From: Planctomycetales bacterium
GTDB taxonomy: Bacteria > 4484-113 > JAFGCY01
DNA length: 32,000 nt
Direction of reading: 5' to 3'
NCBI GenBank assembly: GCA_022646745.1
Contig: CP060262.1
Location: 2,430,001-2,462,000 of the forward strand
Part shown: positions 6,098-13,013 of the stretch, one piece after another
Layout of the letters: each line of letters opens with the position of its first letter
Position numbering within the stretch: position 1 is the stretch's first letter
Notes under the pieces: generated by a model
Databases searched by the model: none
What the model was told of the DNA's origin: nothing
Seen by the model: only the letters and a program-made list of their open reading frames with translations
Made by a program: the position numbers and the translations under genes

Positions 6098-9000
6098 CTA
6101 GTTCTGTTCGTCATCGTCATCATCACCGAGCATTGAAAGGATCTCATCAAGCTCGTTGATCATGCGCGACTTGTCCTTGGTTCCCTGTGCAGCCGGCGCA
6201 GGGGCCGTCGCATCCGCGGGGCTGGAACCGGTCTGATTGTACAGTGCGTCAAGTCGCTGGCGGCTGTCCCTGTAGTTCTGGCGCAGCACAAGGATCTGCT
6301 CAAGGTTTCGGATGGCCTCTTCGCGGTTGTTGAGGTTCTCCTCGACCTGGGCAAGGCCATAAAGCGTGCGCAGGCGCAGCTCCGGATCAGCGTCATCGAG
6401 CTTGTCATTGCGCAGCAGTTCCGCGAAGGCGCGGCGCGCAATGTTGTAGTCACCTGAAAGGTTGAAGCACTCCGCCAGCACCAGGTAAACCTCGGGTGCC
6501 ACCTGGCCGCGTCCGATGCCGGACTGCAGCTCGTTGATGGCTTCCTCGACGTCCCCGTTCTGCAGGGCCAGCTCCGCAATCCGCAGGGTGCGCTGAGCAT
6601 TGTCAGGTTCACTGCGGGTCTCATCTATCCGCTTGCGGTTGATATCGCGCACCAGCTCAGTGGTCCGCTGGGCAAGGCTCTCACGCTCCGGCAGCAGTTC
6701 ATGCGCCGCCCTGGTGAATTCCAGTGCCTGCTCCAGTTCATTCGCGTCCTGGTGGATCATGCTGAGGCGGGCATTGAGAGCTGCCCTGGCCAGCTTGTCC
6801 TGTGGACCGGCGGCCAGCGCTTCGTTGTACGTGCTGAAAGCCTCATCCTTGCGACCCATCCGCTCAAGCAGCATGCCATAGCGGTACTTGAGGTCCCCGC
6901 TCTTCTCCGCCACCAGCCAGTCAAAGGGCTGCGGGTCCGCGGTGGCATAGGCCCACACAAGGTGGTCCGCCGCGAGATCCATCCGCCCATTGGCGCGATA
7001 CCATTCGATCAGCCAGGTGCGGGCCCGTGCCTGCTGCGGCGTTGTCAACAGCATCTCCGCCAGGTTGACGGCGAGTCCACTCCGCTCCCCGATGGAAGCA
7101 ATGTCGACCGCTTCCAGGGCTGCTGCGGCTTCCTCAAAGTCGCCACGCAGGGTGAGGATCTCGACCCGGGCCAGTTGCTGGCCAATGGCATACCGGTCCC
7201 CCGCCAGGTCGGCAACGACTGACAGTGCCGTCGGCGCAGGGGCTTCATCGCCCTCAACATAGAGCATCGAGAGCTGCCAGGCGCGGGCCTGGTCGCCCAG
7301 CTTGCCGAACAGTTGCAGCAGCAGTTCGATCAGTTCGGGGCTGTCGGGGGATTCATGCACCAGGTCCAGCACGATGCTGATCAATGAACGAACATGCTGC
7401 TTGGGCAGGTTGCCCTGCAGGGCATTGAGCAGCTCGTTGACGAACATTGTGCGGCCTTCGGCACTGGCAAGGTCGATCAGCTTGAGGCGGGCCACGATCA
7501 CCGGCAGGCTGTCGCCGGACTTCTGCTGGTACTCGCCGAGGATGCTGACGGCCTGTTCGCGGCCTTCAGCACCGGTCTGGGCCAGCAGTCCAGCAAACTC
7601 AACCACACGGTCCTCATCGTCCTCGACCATCGCGCTTTCGAGCTGGAACATGCGGATCTTGAAGAGCAGGTCCTCATCCTCCGGCAGGTCCGCAAGGTCC
7701 AGTTCACGCAGGGCGCCGATCAGCTCCTCATTCATGCCACCCGCCAGCTTGCGGGCCTCATTGAAGTAGTTGATCGCGTCGCCACGGTTGCCGACCTTGT
7801 TGGCCAGCCTGTAGAGGTGCAGCAGCAGCTGCGGGAGGTCATCCTCCTCGATCTCGACATTCGGGTAGTTGCGATAGAGGTCCTTGGCAAGCTCGTAGAG
7901 CTCCTCGGCACTCCAGCGAGGCACGAGCCAGTTCAGTGCACTGACGGCCCAGCCCCAGTCGCTGACCCGCTCGCTGTGTGCCACGGCCTTCAGAGCCAGC
8001 AGGTGCAGCGGGTACTTCATCGGATTTGGCACCAGTGCATGGTGATGCCGAAGCTGCGTGAGGATCGGCTCCGCCAGGCTCGGATCCTTGTCCAATGCGG
8101 CGGCATATTCCTCAGCACTGCGCTGCCAGAGGTGCACGCGCAGGTAGGCCTCGCCGAGCTGCATGCTTGCACCCGGGCCTTCGGCCTTTTCCTTTATCTC
8201 TTCAAGCAGCTGGATATATTCGGGATACTCGCCGACGGCATCACGCAGGCCGGCCAGCCGGTCCAGTGCTTCATCAATTCGTCCGGCGTTGAACAGCGCG
8301 CGGCCCCAGCTGACCTCAATTGCACTCGGCAGGTCGGTGTCAACGAGCGCGAGCTGGTCGAACAGCTCCAAAAGCTCCGGGCTGCCCTCATCGCCATTGG
8401 CATTGATCTCGCGCACAAGTGCGGTGGCGCGCTCCTGGTCGCCGGAGATGGCGGCCAGCGCCAGGTTGAAGCGCATGCAGTCCGACTGGTCGCTGCAGTC
8501 CGCCAGCTGTTCAGCGGCGTACATCCGCAGCGGGCGCAGGGCCTCGTTGGCATGGATCTCCTTCTGCTGGAACTGCTGGCGCAGTTTCATCAGGCGGATG
8601 GTGGCCTGCTTCAGGTCACGGCCCGGCGGCACCAGCAGCGTGCGCACGAGGGTGATCATCGCCTCCGGCGAACCCTCGTTGACACTGACCAGGCGTGTTG
8701 CCAGTTCGCGGGCCTCAAGCGGTGCATTGCGGTCCAGCAGGTGGCCGGCGATGGTGATGCCCTCGTCCAGCTTGCCGTTCTCCACGGCCAGGTCGCCGAG
8801 CCGCACCAGCCCGTCCACATCCTCCGGCACGAGGTTCAGCTCAGATATCTGCTTCAGTGCCCATTCAGGGTTCTCGTTCTTGTTTCCGGCGGCTGTCAGG
8901 ATGGCAATCGCCTTGTCCGGGCTTTCCGCGCTGTAGGCGTTGGCAAGCACCTCAGCGATCTCAATCACCGTGGTGGACTGCTCAGGTGCCTTGATCATGA

Positions 9001-11914
9001 GGAAGAAGGTCTCCTCAAGTTCAGAAAGCGCCTTTTCGTCACGGCCACGGGCCAGTGCCAGCAGGTCGCGGGCCACATTCTCGAGGTCGCCCATGTCACG
9101 GTTGGTCTGCAGGCGGTAGCGCAGCGCCGGTTCAAATTCCTCGCGGCAGAGGTCCATCAGGGATTCGTCCAGCAGGCTCTTCAGCGGCGGGTTGGAATCA
9201 AGGCCCAGCCCGCCGGACTCGAAGCGCTCGCTCATGGACTTGATCAGCCCGAGGCACGCATCACTGTCGCCACGGCTGCCAAATGCACCCAGCAGCTTCT
9301 CAGTTGCCGGCAGCAGTGCCTCGTCCGGCAGCTCGCTGCAGATCTGCTCGATCGTCATCGAGTCGTTGACAATGAACTCATCCGGCGAGTCGAACAGGCT
9401 GATCGCCTCCTGCCACTTGCCGGCATGCACCAGCGAGCGGTAGCGCACGGTGAAGCGCACCCCGGCGGGCAGCTTCTCGCCGTACTCGTTGATCAGGTCC
9501 ATCGTCGCCTCAGGGGCGATCAGGGATGCGGCATGCTGCAGCACCTGCTCGAACTGCTGGTGGTTGCCGATGCGCTGGGTCAGGTTCAGGTAGATGCGGG
9601 TCCAGCGCATCCGGTTGCGCGCCGGGTCATCCTCTCCGAGGTCGTCCAGCAGCGGGCGCAGGTCATCCAGCCAGCGGATCGGTTCGCGGCTGATTTCCTC
9701 ATCAAGGTAGTTGTCAAGTGCGTCGATTTCATCGAGTGCGATCGGCAGCAGCTCGGTATGGCCCTTCTCGATGGTCAGGTAGCTGGCCTGCCTGGCGCGC
9801 TGCATGTGCACGTCGCGCGGGTTGATTGACTCGACCCAGATGCTGTAGCCCTGCTGGATGTTGCCATTGTTGAGATCCAGCAGGCTGGCCGCGGTGGCTG
9901 CCTCAAAGCCGGCCAGCGGGTCATCCGAGGACAGGCGCTGGGCATTGGCAAGGGAGAACAGCATCTCAGGCGGGATCTCATCCTGGGAATTGATCCACTG
10001 TTCGATGGACTTCAGCAGGTTGCGTCGTTCCTCACTGCCTTCAGGCAGGGATGTGGCGCGGGCCAGAGCTGCCTGGTAGTCACCCGTCTTCAGGGACAGG
10101 CGGGCGATGTGCGCCGCGATCTCCGGATGTGAGTCAAAGTCCGTGAACATGCGCTCGATGCGCTGGCGCAGGCGGTTGGCATGGTCCTCGTCAGGTACCC
10201 TGATCGAGCGCAGCTCGATCGCGCAGGCGGTGCCGTCGTCCTTCAGGTACATCTGTTCTGCGAACCACAGGTGCGACTCCTCAACCAGCCACGGGGCAAG
10301 CCCGGAGGTCGCGATCGTGCGGCTGATCGCATGCAGTTCGTTGACACTCTGGTTGTCGGGATTTACCTGCTTGTCCAGTACCGCACTCACCTGGTTCGGC
10401 CGCTCACAGTCGGCCAGGCTCTCGATCAGGTGGTCGATGTCGAAGTCGGCGGAGACGACTGCTGCGACATGCTGCAGGTCTTCCGCCACTCCATCCTGTG
10501 GTTCCTCCGTATCGTCACCGGATTCAGGTTCATCCACCTCAGTTCCGGCATCCAGACCTGAGGAATCCTCTCCCAGTTCCTCGCCGGAATCGGCATGGTC
10601 CCCATAGTCATCCAGTACATCTTCTTCGTTTCCAGATTCACCGGACTCGATGGACTCATCGTCATCGTAGGATCCGGCTTCCTCCGGGGAATCGTCAAAT
10701 TCCTCAACTTCCGGCCCAGGCTGGCCGGCGGTATCAATAATGCCCTCCTGGTCCAGTTCGAGGCGGGCAGCCTCCACCGTGCCGCTGCCGTTGACGGAAG
10801 CATCCGGGGTCGGGCGGCTGTCCGGGATCACGTGGTCAGGCAGTTCGGGGAAGTCGATGTTGGTGACCTTGCCGGCTGCGATCTGCAGGAATTCATTCGC
10901 TGCACTGGGCGGCTGCTGCTTGGCCTGCTGGAATGCGCGGAACCAGTTGCCGATCTTGTCCTTGATCAGTTCGCTGTCCAGCTTGACGATGCGCTTGAGC
11001 GTATAGACGGCCAGCTTCTCGTCACGCACCATCTCCTTGTGGTTCGTCAGGTAATTGGCAATCTCCACCGGGTGCTGGTGGGAGCGCTCCAGGCGCTCGC
11101 TGAACACGTTCCAGCCGATGCGCCCGTTGCGGTACTCCTTGACGGAGTTGTCCATCACGATCTTGTGCAGTTCCCAGCAGCACTGCGGGCGGTGGTCGAG
11201 CAGCGAATTGGCCAGCTGGAAGAAGTCATCCCCCACGCTGCGGCCTTCCGCGATGATCTCAACCAGCATGTCTTCAGCCAGGCGGTCATTCTTGCGCAGG
11301 ATCTGCGCCTCGGCCATCATCAGGGTGACCTCGACGGCCTTGTCCCCGAGGCTCTGGCGGTTATCTATCAGGGTTTCAAGTGAACGCACCGCAAGGTCAT
11401 CGCCCTGCTTGACGGTGCCCTTGCTGATCATCTGGCTCAGGCCCCAGGCGAAGTCCTTCCAGTGTGAGACCTCATTGGTGAGGCTGGCGCGCTCGCTCAG
11501 GTATGAAAGGTGGCGCTCCGGACGCATGTTGCCGGTCGTGATGCGCCAGTTGAGCAGCGCCAGGCGGTTGTCACGTGAATCACTCTCCAGTTCGAGCATG
11601 CGGTCCACAAGCCCGGCCAGGCCCGGCACCACCGGAACCTTGCGGCTGCGGGCCACCATGTCGCTGAAGGTGTCAAAGGCCACACGGGTGTCATCCAGCA
11701 CGGCGGCCGCTTCCACCAGGTTCTCGGCACCGCTCTTGAGCTGGCCGGGATTGGCGGCATTGGGGTTGATCACTTCCTCGAGGTAGCGGCGGGCATAATC
11801 CTCCAGGTTCTTGAGCAGTGCCGGGCGGCGCTTCTGCTGCTGCTGGGGATTGAGCCGCTTGTAGGCTTCCACCTGCCGGTTTAGGGATTTGCCGAAATCA
11901 AACCTTTTTAACAT
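6098..11914 (-). CDS. giant (1938 aa) acidic tetratricopeptide-repeat-like protein, cytoplasmic, function unknown
   Basis: A single uninterrupted ORF whose ATG lies 20 nt after the upstream stop. TPR-like units include GEAYLRVHLWQRSAEEYAAALDKDPSLAE, MGRKDEAFSTYNEALAAGPQD and LAECFNLSGDYNIARRAFAELLRND. A D/E/G/S-rich linker is encoded at about nt 10490-10745. The C-terminal tail is DDDDDEQN. No signal peptide or TM segment. Confidence 0.8.
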   Translation of the reverse strand: MLKRFDFGKSLNRQVEAYKRLNPQQQQKRRPALLKNLEDYARRYLEEVINPNAANPGQLKSGAENLVEAAAVLDDTRVAFDTFSDMVARSRKVPVVPGLAGLVDRMLELESDSRDNRLALLNWRITTGNMRPERHLSYLSERASLTNEVSHWKDFAWGLSQMISKGTVKQGDDLAVRSLETLIDNRQSLGDKAVEVTLMMAEAQILRKNDRLAEDMLVEIIAEGRSVGDDFFQLANSLLDHRPQCCWELHKIVMDNSVKEYRNGRIGWNVFSERLERSHQHPVEIANYLTNHKEMVRDEKLAVYTLKRIVKLDSELIKDKIGNWFRAFQQAKQQPPSAANEFLQIAAGKVTNIDFPELPDHVIPDSRPTPDASVNGSGTVEAARLELDQEGIIDTAGQPGPEVEEFDDSPEEAGSYDDDESIESGESGNEEDVLDDYGDHADSGEELGEDSSGLDAGTEVDEPESGDDTEEPQDGVAEDLQHVAAVVSADFDIDHLIESLADCERPNQVSAVLDKQVNPDNQSVNELHAISRTIATSGLAPWLVEESHLWFAEQMYLKDDGTACAIELRSIRVPDEDHANRLRQRIERMFTDFDSHPEIAAHIARLSLKTGDYQAALARATSLPEGSEERRNLLKSIEQWINSQDEIPPEMLFSLANAQRLSSDDPLAGFEAATAASLLDLNNGNIQQGYSIWVESINPRDVHMQRARQASYLTIEKGHTELLPIALDEIDALDNYLDEEISREPIRWLDDLRPLLDDLGEDDPARNRMRWTRIYLNLTQRIGNHQQFEQVLQHAASLIAPEATMDLINEYGEKLPAGVRFTVRYRSLVHAGKWQEAISLFDSPDEFIVNDSMTIEQICSELPDEALLPATEKLLGAFGSRGDSDACLGLIKSMSERFESGGLGLDSNPPLKSLLDESLMDLCREEFEPALRYRLQTNRDMGDLENVARDLLALARGRDEKALSELEETFFLMIKAPEQSTTVIEIAEVLANAYSAESPDKAIAILTAAGNKNENPEWALKQISELNLVPEDVDGLVRLGDLAVENGKLDEGITIAGHLLDRNAPLEARELATRLVSVNEGSPEAMITLVRTLLVPPGRDLKQATIRLMKLRQQFQQKEIHANEALRPLRMYAAEQLADCSDQSDCMRFNLALAAISGDQERATALVREINANGDEGSPELLELFDQLALVDTDLPSAIEVSWGRALFNAGRIDEALDRLAGLRDAVGEYPEYIQLLEEIKEKAEGPGASMQLGEAYLRVHLWQRSAEEYAAALDKDPSLAEPILTQLRHHHALVPNPMKYPLHLLALKAVAHSERVSDWGWAVSALNWLVPRWSAEELYELAKDLYRNYPNVEIEEDDLPQLLLHLYRLANKVGNRGDAINYFNEARKLAGGMNEELIGALRELDLADLPEDEDLLFKIRMFQLESAMVEDDEDRVVEFAGLLAQTGAEGREQAVSILGEYQQKSGDSLPVIVARLKLIDLASAEGRTMFVNELLNALQGNLPKQHVRSLISIVLDLVHESPDSPELIELLLQLFGKLGDQARAWQLSMLYVEGDEAPAPTALSVVADLAGDRYAIGQQLARVEILTLRGDFEEAAAALEAVDIASIGERSGLAVNLAEMLLTTPQQARARTWLIEWYRANGRMDLAADHLVWAYATADPQPFDWLVAEKSGDLKYRYGMLLERMGRKDEAFSTYNEALAAGPQDKLARAALNARLSMIHQDANELEQALEFTRAAHELLPERESLAQRTTELVRDINRKRIDETRSEPDNAQRTLRIAELALQNGDVEEAINELQSGIGRGQVAPEVYLVLAECFNLSGDYNIARRAFAELLRNDKLDDADPELRLRTLYGLAQVEENLNNREEAIRNLEQILVLRQNYRDSRQRLDALYNQTGSSPADATAPAPAAQGTKDKSRMINELDEILSMLGDDDDDEQN

Positions 11915-11934
11915 TTACGCCTATCCTGCCCAAC

Positions 11935-12660
11935 TCAGCTGATTGCCTGCAGGTCCGCTGTCACGGAACTGAGGAACTGTCGGCGAAGCATTCCATGAAG
12001 CTCATCCATGCCGTTTCGCCTGCTTTCCGCCCAGGCGATGCCGTACTCGACGATCTTGTCCTTCAGCTCCTCCGCATTGGCACCACGGCCAAGTAATTCA
12101 CTGAGCAGGTTGAGGGTCTGCTCACGGTCTGCAAGCAGTTCATCCTCCTCGGTCGAACGGACTGCATGTCCGAAGCTGGCCAAGCGCACCCAGCAGGTAC
12201 TGGGTGAGACCCAGAGGTTCTCGGTGTTGATCCGCCCGTGCACGACGGGTTCATCCTGGCCCTGCATGTAATCAACGATTTCAAGGATGCTGAGCGCCAG
12301 CCGGATCCTGTCCGCGCCGGACATTGCATCAGCGTCCATGTCCGCAAGTGGCTGCTCAGCCAGCCAGGGGAAGCCGATGAAGGGCACCTCGAAGTCGCGC
12401 TTGTCGATCTTCAGGGATAAGACATGGGGATGCGCAAGGCTGCGCAGTATGTCCGCCTCGACAGCCAGCCGCCTGAGCGACTCCTCGCTGCCGTCGGAAA
12501 ACTTGACCCACATCCGCATGCCCGAGGACTGTTCACGGGCAAGGAAAACCGGCTCTGTACTGAGCGCGAGGGCCAATTTCTGTTCGAGCAGGAAATACTG
12601 CTGGATGCCTTCCGGCACGCCCCACAGTTCGCTAAGCCTAGCTCCGTGCATGATGGACAA
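11935..12660 (-). CDS. Hanks-type protein-kinase-like protein with degenerate catalytic motifs (predicted pseudokinase)
   Basis: The ORF-track start is TTG 12660; an alternative ATG lies at 12651. Kinase landmarks are recognisable but mutated. The G-loop reads LALALSTEPV. The VAIK-like MWVKF keeps the Lys. The alpha-C helix plus HPHVL is present. HRDLKPEN is replaced by HGRINTEN, losing the Asp. DFG is replaced by SFG, losing the Asp. No APE motif, and the C-lobe is short. Confidence 0.6.
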   Translation of the reverse strand: MSIMHGARLSELWGVPEGIQQYFLLEQKLALALSTEPVFLAREQSSGMRMWVKFSDGSEESLRRLAVEADILRSLAHPHVLSLKIDKRDFEVPFIGFPWLAEQPLADMDADAMSGADRIRLALSILEIVDYMQGQDEPVVHGRINTENLWVSPSTCWVRLASFGHAVRSTEEDELLADREQTLNLLSELLGRGANAEELKDKIVEYGIAWAESRRNGMDELHGMLRRQFLSSVTADLQAIS

Positions 12661-12798
12661 CTTACCCCTGGATTTGGTACTGGAGTTCAGGAAAACCCGC
12701 CTATAACTGTAATCCTGAATCCCGTCTGCTTACTTAAATCCCACTTAACGACAATCTTAACTCGAACCCTCTGGACAGCATCCTCCATTTGACTCAGA

Positions 12799-12874
12799 TT
12801 TGACCCCCGGAATCTGGACTTTCCCTTAGCCTGGAAAGTTGCAGTCTTCCGGTGAAACCGGGCCAGCGGTCAAA
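12799..12874 (-). promoter_or_regulatory. structured 5' leader element upstream of the pseudokinase operon
   Basis: The minus-strand RNA has nested perfect complementary arms: UUUGACC/GGUCAAA, CCGGAA/UUCCGG and CUUUCC/GGAAAG, with apical loop AGGCUAAG. A competing small hairpin (CCGG-UUUCA-CCGG) re-uses one arm. Confidence 0.35.
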
Positions 12875-12894
12875 TGTTGATTTAAGGTGCCTAT

Positions 12895-12924
12895 ATATTA
12901 CCTTATAAGAATTCAAATATTCAA
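12895..12924 (-). promoter_or_regulatory. putative sigma-70-type promoter of the pseudokinase-TPR operon
   Basis: Minus strand reads TTGAAT-N18-TAATAT in the AT-rich part of the 353-nt intergenic region. This would give a leader of about 230 nt. Confidence 0.35.
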
Positions 12925-12962
12925 TCAGCTTATCTCTGGCTGTCCTATTGCTGCCTTTAAGC

Positions 12963-12989
12963 AAAAAGGGCGGCCCCTGAGGGCCGCCC
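12963..12989 (-). terminator. rho-independent terminator after flgE
   Basis: Minus strand: GGGCGGCCC-tcag-GGGCCGCCC, a perfect 9-bp GC stem, followed by TTTTT. It begins about 25 nt after the flgE stop. Confidence 0.8.
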
Positions 12990-13013
12990 CGGAATCGTCA
13001 GTTACTGCTCAGA

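Noticed and set aside
7394-9829. 811-aa + strand ORF, plus many other + ORFs between 6600 and 11800, inside the giant TPR gene
   Set aside because: These are antisense shadow ORFs, typical of high-GC DNA. The translations are monotonous L/Q/V/A/H/R strings with no recognisable domain, no SD and no signal. The minus-strand frame is an uninterrupted 1938-codon ORF with clear TPR units.
12687-12788. 33-codon minus-strand ORF (MEDAVQRVRVKIVVKWDLSKQTGFRITVIGGFS) in the leader of the pseudokinase operon
   Set aside because: It has no SD. Its codon usage is AT-rich and unlike every confident gene in the window. It sits in a region better explained as structured RNA. It cannot be supported as coding without ribosome profiling or conservation.
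12933-12959. Second sigma-28-like string, TAAA-N15-GCCAGAGA, just after the flgE terminator
   Set aside because: Only 4 of 8 positions of the -10 (GCCGATAA) match. It is much weaker than the site at 19428-19454, and the sigma-70-like TTGAAT-N18-TAATAT nearby is a better promoter candidate.
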